Shown piece by piece: positions 28,734 through 37,115 of a stretch of DNA of 50,939 nt. The DNA is from Bacillales bacterium (GTDB lineage Bacteria; Bacillota_I; Bacilli_A; RF39; UBA660): contig JAEEZV010000044.1 of assembly GCA_016291995.1 (NCBI GenBank), positions 1 through 50,939 on the forward strand, given 5' to 3'. Made by a program: the position numbers and the translations under genes. Numbering within the stretch: the first letter of the stretch is position 1; each line of letters opens with the position of its first letter. The notes beneath the pieces are model-generated. The model searched no databases. It was not told the DNA's origin and saw only the letters and a list, made by a program, of their open reading frames with translations.

Positions 28734-29549
28734 ATGAATGATATTGAAGAATATGGAGAAATATTATTTGAAAAGATTAAACATATTGATGAAGACGGGA
28801 ATGAATATTGGCTAGCGAGAGAGTTAATGGTGGCCTTACAATATAAAAAATGGGATAAATATATTAATGTTATCGAACAGGCAAGAACTTCATGTAAGAA
28901 TAGCGATAGTAGTATATCTGATCATTTTCTCCAGGTGGGGAAAATGATCAATATAGCAAATGGCGGTCAAAGAAAAATATTAGATTACAAATTATCCCGT
29001 TATGCATGTTATTTGATTGCACAAAATGCTGATTCTAAAAAGAAAGTTGTGGCTCTAGCTCAAACTTATTTTGCTGTACAGACTAGGAGGATGGAGATTA
29101 CCGAAAAGGAATATAATGGATTAACTGAGGACGACAAAAGATTTTATCGCAGAGAACAAACGAAAAATGGAAATTATTCATTAAATCTTGCTGCTAGAGA
29201 TGCTGGCGTTAAGAACTTTGATAAGTTTCATAACGCTGGATATAAGGGACTATACAATGGTGAAACTGCTAATGACATCGCTAAGAGAAAAGGACTTAGA
29301 TATCGTGAAGATATATTAGATAATATGGGTAGTGAAGAGTTAGCTGCCAATATATTTAGGATTAGTCAAACGGAAGCAAAACTAAAAAGAGATATTATTA
29401 ATAGTGAAGATAATGCCAATAAAACTCACTATGATGTTGGTAAAGAAGTTAGAAGAACTATTGAAAGACTAGGCGGAACAATGCCAGAAGATTTACCGAC
29501 ACCAGAAAAAAGTTTAAAAGAACTAGGGAAGAATAAACTAATAAAATAA
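28734..29549 (+). CDS. dinD: DNA damage-inducible protein D (DinD)-like protein
   Basis: Recalled similarity along the length to E. coli DinD: SRYACYLIAQN, AQTYFAVQTRR, GSEELAANIFRISQTEAKLKRD and LGGTMPEDLPTPEKSLKEL. The ATG at 28734 follows AAGGAGGAG; the track start at 28716 lies inside the RBS. Confidence 0.85.
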   Translation: MNDIEEYGEILFEKIKHIDEDGNEYWLARELMVALQYKKWDKYINVIEQARTSCKNSDSSISDHFLQVGKMINIANGGQRKILDYKLSRYACYLIAQNADSKKKVVALAQTYFAVQTRRMEITEKEYNGLTEDDKRFYRREQTKNGNYSLNLAARDAGVKNFDKFHNAGYKGLYNGETANDIAKRKGLRYREDILDNMGSEELAANIFRISQTEAKLKRDIINSEDNANKTHYDVGKEVRRTIERLGGTMPEDLPTPEKSLKELGKNKLIK

Positions 29550-29588
29550 GGGTTTATATTAGTTTTTGTTTCTTTTTCTTTTTTTAAA

Positions 29589-29597
29589 TGATATAAT
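29589..29597 (+). promoter_or_regulatory. Extended -10 element (TGaTATAAT) upstream of the SpoU methyltransferase gene
   Basis: TG at 29589-29590 and TATAAT at 29592-29597, followed by GTGGTGA and the ATG at 29616. Confidence 0.45.
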
Positions 29598-29615
29598 GAA
29601 ATTAGTGGTGATACT

Positions 29616-30341
29616 ATGACAATAACGTCAGTTAATAATGATAGAATAAAGGAATTGGTTAAATTAAAAGATAAAAAATATCGTGATTTAAATGATTTAT
29701 TTTTCGTAGAGGGAAAAGATTTATGTGACGTAGCTTATGAAAAGGGGCTACTTAGAGAGATATTTATTATTGATGGATATGATAATTATTACGATGGAAT
29801 ACCTTTAACATATGTATCTAATGATGTTATGAAAAAGATTAGTAGTATGGAATCATGTAGTCCATATTTTGGCGTTTGTGCTAAATGTGTTGAAGGAGAA
29901 CTTGGTAACAAAATACTTATACTCGATAACATTCAAGATCCTGGTAATTTAGGAACAATTATAAGAAGTGCGGTAGCTTTTAAATTTGATACAGTAGTTC
30001 TTAGTAGTAATACTGTCGATTTATATAATCCTAAAGTAGTTCGTAGTACTAAGGGTATGTTATTTAATATGAATATAATCGTAAGAGATTTATTAACTTT
30101 TTTACCAGAATTAGATGGATATACAATATACGGAACTGATGTTACTAATGGTATTAATATAAAAGAAGAGAAAATACCAGAAAAATGTGCTATTATAATT
30201 GGTAACGAGGGAAATGGTATTAGTAATGAAGTTAGGGAATACTGTGAGAAATTCTTGTATATTGGAATGGAAGAGGGTTGCGAGAGTTTAAATGCCGGTG
30301 TTTCAGCTTCGATACTGATGTATGAGGTGTATAATAAATGA
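29616..30341 (+). CDS. TrmH/SpoU family RNA 2'-O-methyltransferase
   Basis: SPOUT motifs LDNIQDPGNLGTIIRSA, IIIGNEGNGIS and SLNAGVSASI. Confidence 0.8.
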   Translation: MTITSVNNDRIKELVKLKDKKYRDLNDLFFVEGKDLCDVAYEKGLLREIFIIDGYDNYYDGIPLTYVSNDVMKKISSMESCSPYFGVCAKCVEGELGNKILILDNIQDPGNLGTIIRSAVAFKFDTVVLSSNTVDLYNPKVVRSTKGMLFNMNIIVRDLLTFLPELDGYTIYGTDVTNGINIKEEKIPEKCAIIIGNEGNGISNEVREYCEKFLYIGMEEGCESLNAGVSASILMYEVYNK

Positions 30342-30820
30342 AGTATGTATTTATAGGAAAATTAGTTAATACGCATGGACTTAAAGGAGAAGTTAGGATA
30401 CTATCAAATTTTAAGTTTAAAGATAAGGTATTTGTTCCTGGTATGAATATATATATTGGTAAAGATAAAACTTGTGAAGAAATAGTTAGTTATAGACATC
30501 ATAAGATATTTGAAATGATTATGATGAAAGGCTATAATGATATTGATGAGGTTTTAAAATATAAAGGGGAATATGTATTTGTAAATAGAGAAGATATTAA
30601 ATTATCTGATAATGAATATTTAGATGAAGATATTATTGGATGTAATGTATTATTTAATGATAAGTTATTAGGTAAGGTTATTAGAATAGATAATCATAAT
30701 GGGAATTATGTATTAGTAATACGTGGTGAACGTGAATATTTAATTCCATATGTTATGATTGATAAAGTAGATATTAAGAAAAAGGAAATTATAACAAAAG
30801 ATATTACTGGACTAGTATAG
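30338..30820 (+). CDS. rimM: Ribosome maturation factor RimM
   Basis: IGKLVNTHGLKGEVRI N-terminal motif plus a PRC-barrel C-terminus. ATGA overlap with the upstream gene, and trmD lies downstream. Confidence 0.85.
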   Translation: MKYVFIGKLVNTHGLKGEVRILSNFKFKDKVFVPGMNIYIGKDKTCEEIVSYRHHKIFEMIMMKGYNDIDEVLKYKGEYVFVNREDIKLSDNEYLDEDIIGCNVLFNDKLLGKVIRIDNHNGNYVLVIRGEREYLIPYVMIDKVDIKKKEIITKDITGLV

Positions 30821-30831
30821 GTGGTGAAGAT

Positions 30832-31512
30832 ATGAGGATAGATATACTTTCATTATTTCCAGAGATGTTTACAGGTTTTCTTGAGACATCAATAATTAAG
30901 AGAGCTAGAGATAATGGTAATGTAGATATCAGAGTACATAATTTTAGAGATTATTCTTTAGATAAACATAAGAGAGTAGATGACTATCCTTATGGTGGCG
31001 GTGCTGGAATGGTTTTACAATGTGAACCAATATTTAGAGCTATTGAAGATATTAGAACAGAAGATAGTGTAGTTATTATGATGAGTCCATCAGGAAGTGT
31101 ATTTAAACAAGAGATGGCAAGAGATTTATCTAAAAAGAAACATCTAATACTTTTATGTGGACACTATGAGGGGTTTGATGAGAGAATTAGAACAATTGTC
31201 GATATGGAAGTATCGATTGGAGATTATGTTCTAACTGGTGGAGAAGTACCAGCAATGGCGATTACTGATGCGGTTACAAGACTTATTCCAGGAGTAATTA
31301 CAAAAGAGAGTTTGGATAGTGAGAGTTTTGATGATGGACTATTAGATTATCCAAATTATACGAAACCAGCTGTATTTAGGGGAATGAAAGTACCAGATGT
31401 GTTATTATCTGGACATCATAAAAATATAGATGAGTATAGAAAAAGTGAACAGATTAGAAAGACAGAAGAAGTAAGAAGTGATTTAACTGGTGGTGATAAG
31501 GTTGGAAAATAA
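30832..31512 (+). CDS. trmD: tRNA (guanine37-N1)-methyltransferase
   Basis: MRIDILSLFPEMF, DDYPYGGGAGMVL, LLCGHYEGFDERI and SIGDYVLTGGE. Confidence 0.95.
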   Translation: MRIDILSLFPEMFTGFLETSIIKRARDNGNVDIRVHNFRDYSLDKHKRVDDYPYGGGAGMVLQCEPIFRAIEDIRTEDSVVIMMSPSGSVFKQEMARDLSKKKHLILLCGHYEGFDERIRTIVDMEVSIGDYVLTGGEVPAMAITDAVTRLIPGVITKESLDSESFDDGLLDYPNYTKPAVFRGMKVPDVLLSGHHKNIDEYRKSEQIRKTEEVRSDLTGGDKVGK

Positions 31513-31966
31513 GGGTTATTATGTATCTAAAAGTAAAAAGAAAAAAGATACGATGTATTTAGAATATGATAAATTAGATGGATATAAAGTTAATCCGAAA
31601 ACAAATCCTAAGGGTGGTATTGAAGTATCAAAAATTGTTTTTGTAAATCCAGAATTTAGTGAGAAAATTATTAGAAAGAAAATAGATAAGAAGATTGAAG
31701 AATTACTTAAACAATTAAATGATATAACAGATGGTACTGATTCATCTGAGGGAGCAATTAAAAGAAGCTTGATGGATGCAGAAAAACTTAGAATGCAAAT
31801 TATTACTAATTATGTAAAATACTTAGGACATACTTATGAGGGACTTACTCTTAAGAAAATTCAACTAATAATGGATAGTTTAAGAGAAAGATTATATCTT
31901 ATTAAGACTAAAGAACTCATGGGTTATTATGCAGAAGAAAAGGAAGAACAAAGAAGAGGCAGATAG
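31490..31966 (+). CDS. Hypothetical protein (start uncertain: GTG 31490, TTG 31502 or ATG 31553)
   Basis: Open frame overlapping the trmD 3' end. Lys-rich N-terminus and predicted helical C-terminus. No family recognised. The TTG at 31502 has the best upstream GGTGGTGA. Confidence 0.4.
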   Translation: MVIRLENKGYYVSKSKKKKDTMYLEYDKLDGYKVNPKTNPKGGIEVSKIVFVNPEFSEKIIRKKIDKKIEELLKQLNDITDGTDSSEGAIKRSLMDAEKLRMQIITNYVKYLGHTYEGLTLKKIQLIMDSLRERLYLIKTKELMGYYAEEKEEQRRGR

Positions 31967-31977
31967 CCTCTTTTTTT
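31953..31977 (+). terminator. Intrinsic terminator
   Basis: AAGAGGC-agata-GCCTCTT followed by a T-run. Confidence 0.7.
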
Positions 31978-32024
31978 CGACAAATAATATGTTAATACTA
32001 TGATATATTTTTCATGGTGATAAA

Positions 32025-32489
32025 ATGAAAAAGATAATTAGAGGAGTAGTTATACCACTATTTGTGGCAATATTATTTGGAATGATACTAGGAAGATATG
32101 CTTTTAGAACGTATAGGGGAACACTTATGGATACGCTTACCAGTAGGAAATTATATCTTCTTGAGAATGGGGAATATGAGACGTTTGATGATATGAGAGA
32201 AGATAATAGCACATATAATTATATTTATTATTATGATGATAATAAGTATAAGAGTGTTATTGGAATTACTAGGAATTATGATAATATCAGTAAAATAAAG
32301 AGTATCTATGGGGATAATTTAAGGGTTACAGAGTATTATTTACCTAATGATAAAATAGATTATAGACAGGATGAATACGATTTAAAGTTATTTGAGACAA
32401 CTGATATAAATGAAATGAAGGGAGTGATGGATGACATTTTAGGACTATATCATAGTGAAGATAAGACAAGACTAATTGGGTTTAATTAG
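32025..32489 (+). CDS. Hypothetical membrane-anchored protein
   Basis: N-terminal TM segment (VVIPLFVAILFGMILG) followed by a soluble domain of about 120 aa. No confident family. Confidence 0.5.
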   Translation: MKKIIRGVVIPLFVAILFGMILGRYAFRTYRGTLMDTLTSRKLYLLENGEYETFDDMREDNSTYNYIYYYDDNKYKSVIGITRNYDNISKIKSIYGDNLRVTEYYLPNDKIDYRQDEYDLKLFETTDINEMKGVMDDILGLYHSEDKTRLIGFN

Positions 32490-32531
32490 TCTTTTAATTT
32501 ACTATAATATATGGTAAAATAGAAGTTGGTG

Positions 32532-33659
32532 ATGGAAATGATATATTTAGATTATTCAGCTACTACTCCAGTAGATGAAGAAGTACTTAATACATTTAAT
32601 AAAGTATGTTTAGAGTATCCTGGTAATTCTAATTCACTTCATAGTTTAGGGGTAAAAAGTAAGGAATTAGAAGATTATGCAACAGAGAAGATTAGTAAGA
32701 TGTTAAAAGTTAAACCTAGTGAAATAATATATACTTCTGGAGCTAGTGAATCTAATAATACAGCTATTAAGGGAATATGTTTAAAATATCAAAATAGAGG
32801 TAAACATATCATTACAACAGCTTTGGAACATTCATCTATTATTGCACCACTTAATTATCTAACTAGTTTGGGATTTGAAGTAGATTTTGTAAAGATAAAA
32901 GAGAATGGACAGGTAGATTTGGATGATTTACGTAAACTACTTAGAGATGATACAATATTAGTTAGTATATGTATGATCGATAGTGAACTTGGAATAAAAC
33001 AACCTATTAAAGAGATTGGTGAAATATTAAAAGAGTATCCAAAATGTTATTTCCATGTGGATGCGACGCAGGCATTTGGAAAGATACCGGTAGATTTATC
33101 GATGGTAGATATGGCTAGTATGTCAGCACATAAAATATTTGGAATGAAAGGTATTGGATTATTAATTAAAAAAGAGAATATTCAAATAGAACCACTTATA
33201 CATGGAGGTAAGAGTACAACAGCTTTTAGGAGTGGAACACCACCATTACCTTTGATTGTATCTTTGATGAAGGCAATGGAAAAAACAATACCTAATGTTA
33301 TGGAACATTATGAATATATTGATAAATTAAGTAAGAAAGTAAAGGATAAACTTAAGACTTATCCACTTCTTCATATTAATAGTACAGAGAATAGTATTCC
33401 TAATACGATCAATTTTAGTTTGAGAAAAATTAAATCTGAGACGTTTATTCATGCACTTGATAAACATCAAGTATATATATCTACGAAGAGTGCTTGTTCT
33501 AGTGCTAATAGTATGTCAAATTCAGTATATGCAATTACAAATGATGAAGAACTTGCTAGTCATAGTTTAAGAGTTAGTATATCTTATAAAACAACAGAAG
33601 AAGAAATAGATAAATTTTTAGATATTTTTGATGAATGTTATCATTCATTAGATATGTAG
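32532..33659 (+). CDS. Cysteine desulfurase (class V aminotransferase, NifS/IscS-like)
   Basis: YLDYSATTP, PLP-lysine SAHKIFGMKG, and catalytic-Cys loop STKSACSS. The start is ambiguous (32526, 32532 or 32538). Confidence 0.85.
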   Translation: MEMIYLDYSATTPVDEEVLNTFNKVCLEYPGNSNSLHSLGVKSKELEDYATEKISKMLKVKPSEIIYTSGASESNNTAIKGICLKYQNRGKHIITTALEHSSIIAPLNYLTSLGFEVDFVKIKENGQVDLDDLRKLLRDDTILVSICMIDSELGIKQPIKEIGEILKEYPKCYFHVDATQAFGKIPVDLSMVDMASMSAHKIFGMKGIGLLIKKENIQIEPLIHGGKSTTAFRSGTPPLPLIVSLMKAMEKTIPNVMEHYEYIDKLSKKVKDKLKTYPLLHINSTENSIPNTINFSLRKIKSETFIHALDKHQVYISTKSACSSANSMSNSVYAITNDEELASHSLRVSISYKTTEEEIDKFLDIFDECYHSLDM

Positions 33660-33667
33660 GTGATAAT

Positions 33668-33937
33668 ATGACAATTATTAAAATTGGAGCTATATGGTGT
33701 CCAGGATGTCTTGTTATGAAGAAAGTTTGGAATAATATTCTTAATGATTACCGTGATATTGATATTCTTGATTTAGATTACGATATGAATAGTGATGAGG
33801 TTGCTAAATACAATCCTGGAAAGGTATTACCAGTAGTAATATTTTTAGATAATAATGGAAATGAATTAGAAAGACTTATTGGTGAGCAAAAAGAAGAGGT
33901 CTTGAGAGAGGCAATTGATAAGTATGAAGAAGTTTAG
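33668..33937 (+). CDS. Thioredoxin-like protein (CPGC active site)
   Basis: IWCPGCLVMK with a thioredoxin-fold size of 89 aa. The ATG at 33668 follows GGTGA. Confidence 0.75.
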   Translation: MTIIKIGAIWCPGCLVMKKVWNNILNDYRDIDILDLDYDMNSDEVAKYNPGKVLPVVIFLDNNGNELERLIGEQKEEVLREAIDKYEEV

Positions 33938-35141
33938 TAAAATACTGGTACTATTATTAGCATTAGTTATGTGGAGTAATAGGGTATTTGCAGCAGATAA
34001 TTTAGTAAATATTTATTTCTTTCATTCAAATACATGTAGTCATTGTAAAGCGGAAGGTAAACTACTTGAAGAACTTATGAATGACTATGATAATATTAGA
34101 ATATATAAGTATGAGGTAAATGCTGAAGAAAATATGAAACTACTAAAAGAAGTAGCTGATTTACACAATACGAATGTTAGTGGAGTACCTTTTACAGTTA
34201 TTGGTGATAAATATTTCAAAGGATTTAATTATGATAATGCAAGACCTAGATTTATGGCAGCAATAGAGTATTATTCAAGTTATGGATATAAAGATATTAC
34301 TGGTGAATATATTGGTGATATCGAACTTCCTAGTTATGATATCGATGATAATCAAATAAGTGTCGATGATTATATTAGTGATAAAGTAAATCCTAAAATA
34401 AAGATATTTGGTAAAGAAATAGATCTTAAGAATTTAACTTTACCAGTAATAGCACTTCTTATTGGACTTGTCGATGGATTTAATCCATGCGCTATGTGGG
34501 TATTACTTTTCTTAATTAGTATGTTAATAGGAATGAAAGATAGAAAACGTATGTGGGTACTAGGATTATCTTTCTTACTTACATCAGCATTCGTTTATTT
34601 GTTATTTATGTTAGCTTGGTTAAATGCAGCAACATTATTGCTTTCAGTTAGTTATGTAAGAATAATTATTGGACTTATTGCTTTAGCTGGAGCTATTATC
34701 AATTTAACCAGTTATTTTAAACACAGAAAAGATAATGGTTGCGATGTTATAGATGATAAGAAAAGAAATAAGATATTCGATAAGATAAAGAAATTTACTA
34801 GTGAGAAGAAACTATTAATAGCAGTTGTTGGGGCTATGGCATTAGCAATATCTGTCAATATTGTGGAACTTGCTTGTTCGGCAGGACTACCAGTTATGTT
34901 TATTGAGATACTATCAATGAATAATTCTGTACAAGCATTAAATGTTTTATATATAGCATTATATATGATAGCATTCATGTTTGATGACTTCTTGGTATTC
35001 TTTATCGCAATGGGTACAATGGAACTTACTGGTTTTTCTACGAAGTATGGAAAAGTATCAAAATTAGTAGGCGGTATATTATTACTAATTATCGGTATAC
35101 TTATGATTTTTAAACCAGGATGGTTAATGTTTAATTTTTAG
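33924..35141 (+). CDS. Secreted CxxC thioredoxin-fold domain fused to a DsbD/CcdA-like thiol-disulfide membrane transporter
   Basis: Signal peptide ...NRVFA|AD. YFFHSNTCSHCKAEG, then about 6 TM segments with Cys-containing motifs FNPCAMW and ELACSAGLP. It overlaps the thioredoxin gene. Confidence 0.6.
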   Translation: MKKFSKILVLLLALVMWSNRVFAADNLVNIYFFHSNTCSHCKAEGKLLEELMNDYDNIRIYKYEVNAEENMKLLKEVADLHNTNVSGVPFTVIGDKYFKGFNYDNARPRFMAAIEYYSSYGYKDITGEYIGDIELPSYDIDDNQISVDDYISDKVNPKIKIFGKEIDLKNLTLPVIALLIGLVDGFNPCAMWVLLFLISMLIGMKDRKRMWVLGLSFLLTSAFVYLLFMLAWLNAATLLLSVSYVRIIIGLIALAGAIINLTSYFKHRKDNGCDVIDDKKRNKIFDKIKKFTSEKKLLIAVVGAMALAISVNIVELACSAGLPVMFIEILSMNNSVQALNVLYIALYMIAFMFDDFLVFFIAMGTMELTGFSTKYGKVSKLVGGILLLIIGILMIFKPGWLMFNF

Positions 35142-35162
35142 ACTACTTAGGTAGTCTTTTTC
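35140..35162 (+). terminator. Intrinsic terminator
   Basis: AGACTAC-ttag-GTAGTCT followed by TTTT. Confidence 0.7.
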
Positions 35163-35231
35163 TTACGAAAACTGTGTAATCTATTGACTACGTAAAATTT
35201 TTGTAGTATATTGAATACAAGGAGATAAAAA

Positions 35232-35489
35232 ATGAAAAAAAATAATGAGATTGAGAGTGCTTTAGATTTAGAATACAATTTAATATGTGATTTTGTTAAA
35301 TTGAGGGGGGAATTAGGGCTTACACAACAGCAGATGGCTGATGAAAGCGGTATAGTTAGGGAAATGATTGCGGTAATTGAAAATAGAAAGAAACATCCAC
35401 AAATTAATACTTTAATTAAAATATTAGCTCCATTTGGATATACATTATCAATTACCAAAATAAAGGATGGTGAAGATTATAAAAAATAG
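35232..35489 (+). CDS. XRE-family helix-turn-helix transcriptional regulator
   Basis: 85 aa with LRGELGLTQQQMADESGIVREMIAVIENRKKHPQINTLIKIL, a classic Cro/CI HTH. RBS AAGGAG. Confidence 0.75.
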   Translation: MKKNNEIESALDLEYNLICDFVKLRGELGLTQQQMADESGIVREMIAVIENRKKHPQINTLIKILAPFGYTLSITKIKDGEDYKK

Positions 35490-36315
35490 TAAAATTATTG
35501 TATTAGATACCAATGTATCTATTGTTAGTTTAAATAATGAAGATTATATTTGTATTTCTGATTTTGCTAAGCAAAAACAGGGAAAATCAAAATCTGATGA
35601 TGTAATTAAAAACTGGCTAAGGAATAGATATACTTTGGAATTTTTGTCTACATGGGAAATACTAAATAATTCAAACTTTAATGCCGTCGAATCCGACGGG
35701 TTTAAAAATCAGGCTGGATTACATTCGTTCACTATAAGCGTTTCTGAGTGGGTTGAAAAGACAAATGCAATTGGAATATTTGCCAAAAAAGGAAAATATG
35801 GTGGAACATATGCACACAAAGATATAGCATTTGAGTTTGCTTCAGCAATTAGCCCAGTTTTTAAACTATATTTAATAAGGGAATTTCAAAGGTTAAAAGA
35901 ACTTGAAAATAGTAATAGGGAATGGAATGTTAAAAGATTATTATCTAAGAATAATTATTTGATTCATACTGATGCAATTAAGAATTATATATTACCTAAT
36001 GTCGATTATTTCCAAGATAGAAATTGGCTTAAATATGCTGAAGAAGCAGATATTTTAAATGTAATTATATTTCGTTCTACGGCTAAAGAATGGAGAAAAT
36101 TAAACCCTCAATTGGCTCTTAATAATAATATGAGAGATTATGCGACGATAAATGAATTAACTGTATTATCAAATTTAGAGACGCATAATGCAGAACTTAT
36201 AAAAGAGGGTAAAACTAAGGAAGAAAGATTTGATATATTAACAAAGATAGCTAAATACCAACTTTCTATATTGGATAAATCAGATGAGGTTAGGAAGATA
36301 ACAACAGAGCTATAA
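35467..36315 (+). CDS. KilA-N domain-containing protein
   Basis: N-terminal ...VSLNNEDYICISDFAKQK...VIKNWLRNRYTLEFLSTWE... and GGTYAHKDIAFEFASAISPVFKLYLIREF, typical of the KilA-N DNA-binding fold. It overlaps the XRE gene by 23 nt. The exact start is uncertain. Confidence 0.65.
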   Translation: MVKIIKNSKIIVLDTNVSIVSLNNEDYICISDFAKQKQGKSKSDDVIKNWLRNRYTLEFLSTWEILNNSNFNAVESDGFKNQAGLHSFTISVSEWVEKTNAIGIFAKKGKYGGTYAHKDIAFEFASAISPVFKLYLIREFQRLKELENSNREWNVKRLLSKNNYLIHTDAIKNYILPNVDYFQDRNWLKYAEEADILNVIIFRSTAKEWRKLNPQLALNNNMRDYATINELTVLSNLETHNAELIKEGKTKEERFDILTKIAKYQLSILDKSDEVRKITTEL

Positions 36316-36318
36316 GAT

Positions 36319-36347
36319 TTGACTAATAAAGGCTTTTATGGTAAAAT
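36319..36347 (+). promoter_or_regulatory. Promoter P1 upstream of gpsB/rnpB
   Basis: TTGACT, 17 bp, TGgTAAAAT. Confidence 0.5.
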
Positions 36348-36376
36348 ACTAGGCAATTCTTTAGATGTTTATTTGT

Positions 36377-36405
36377 TTGACAAAACGCATTAGATATTTT
36401 ATAAT
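36377..36405 (+). promoter_or_regulatory. Promoter P2 upstream of gpsB/rnpB
   Basis: TTGACA, 17 bp, TATAAT (consensus), followed by AGAGGTG and the ATG at 36425. Confidence 0.65.
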
Positions 36406-36424
36406 TAAACTAGAGGTGTTGTAT

Positions 36425-36748
36425 ATGAATCAAGATAAGATTCAACTTACTATGCGCGATATTCTTGAGAAGGAATTTAAAATCGATGCAAGAGGATATA
36501 GAATGCAAGAAGTTGATCAGTTTTTAGATACTATTATTCGTGATTATAATGAATATAATAATATTATAAATACACTTCGCGAAGAAAATAAAAAATTATC
36601 TCTAGAAAATACGAATTTAAAACAAGAAATACGTAATTTAAACTCTAGTATTGAAACCGTCAAAGGAAATGAAAAGGAAATAACTAATGTAGACTTGTTA
36701 AAAAGGATAAGCAGATTAGAGAAGATTATTCTTGGTAAAGAAGAGTAA
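36425..36748 (+). CDS. gpsB: Cell cycle protein GpsB (DivIVA-domain)
   Basis: ILEKEFKIDARGYRMQEVDQFLDTIIRDY followed by a coiled coil. The start at 36425 lies downstream of promoter P2, so the track start at 36365 is rejected. Confidence 0.85.
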   Translation: MNQDKIQLTMRDILEKEFKIDARGYRMQEVDQFLDTIIRDYNEYNNIINTLREENKKLSLENTNLKQEIRNLNSSIETVKGNEKEITNVDLLKRISRLEKIILGKEE

Positions 36749-37088
36749 AATATCAGGACAAACGCTGAGTACTTGTACTTAGAGGAAAGTCCACACTCGC
36801 ACTATCTGTGATGGTAGTAGTGTTTGTGCATAGGGAAAAAATAACCTATGGCAGGAAACTGACGGCGTTTAGTTAGTCTAAGGGTAACTATGATTAACTA
36901 GACATAAAGTGCCACAGTGACGATGCTATTTAGAAATAAATAGAGTGAAACGGGTAAACCCCACAAGCGAGAAACCCAAATTATGGTAGGGGAACTATCT
37001 TTTGAGAATTAGAATTGAAAGATGGATAGGTAACTATAGATAAATGTTTGTCGCCTTTTTAGGTACAGAATGTGGCTTATATGATATT
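36749..37088 (+). ncRNA. rnpB: RNase P RNA, bacterial type B (compact, about 340 nt)
   Basis: Universal and type-B blocks are present: GAGGAAAGTCCACACTCGC, AGTGCCACAGTGACG, CGGGTAAACCCCACAAGCGAGAAACCCAAAT, GGTAGGGGAAC and ACAGAATGTGGCTTA. P1 pairing joins AATATCAG near 36748 with ATGATATT near 37081. The ends are accurate to about 10 nt. Confidence 0.9.
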
Positions 37089-37115
37089 TTATTTTAATTT
37101 TTAGGAAGAGAGAAC

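Noticed and set aside
35147-35458. 103-aa minus-strand ORF opposite the XRE gene.
   Set aside because: The + strand ORF has a clear Cro/CI HTH and an AAGGAG RBS. The minus-strand product is Cys/Phe/Ile-rich with no signals.
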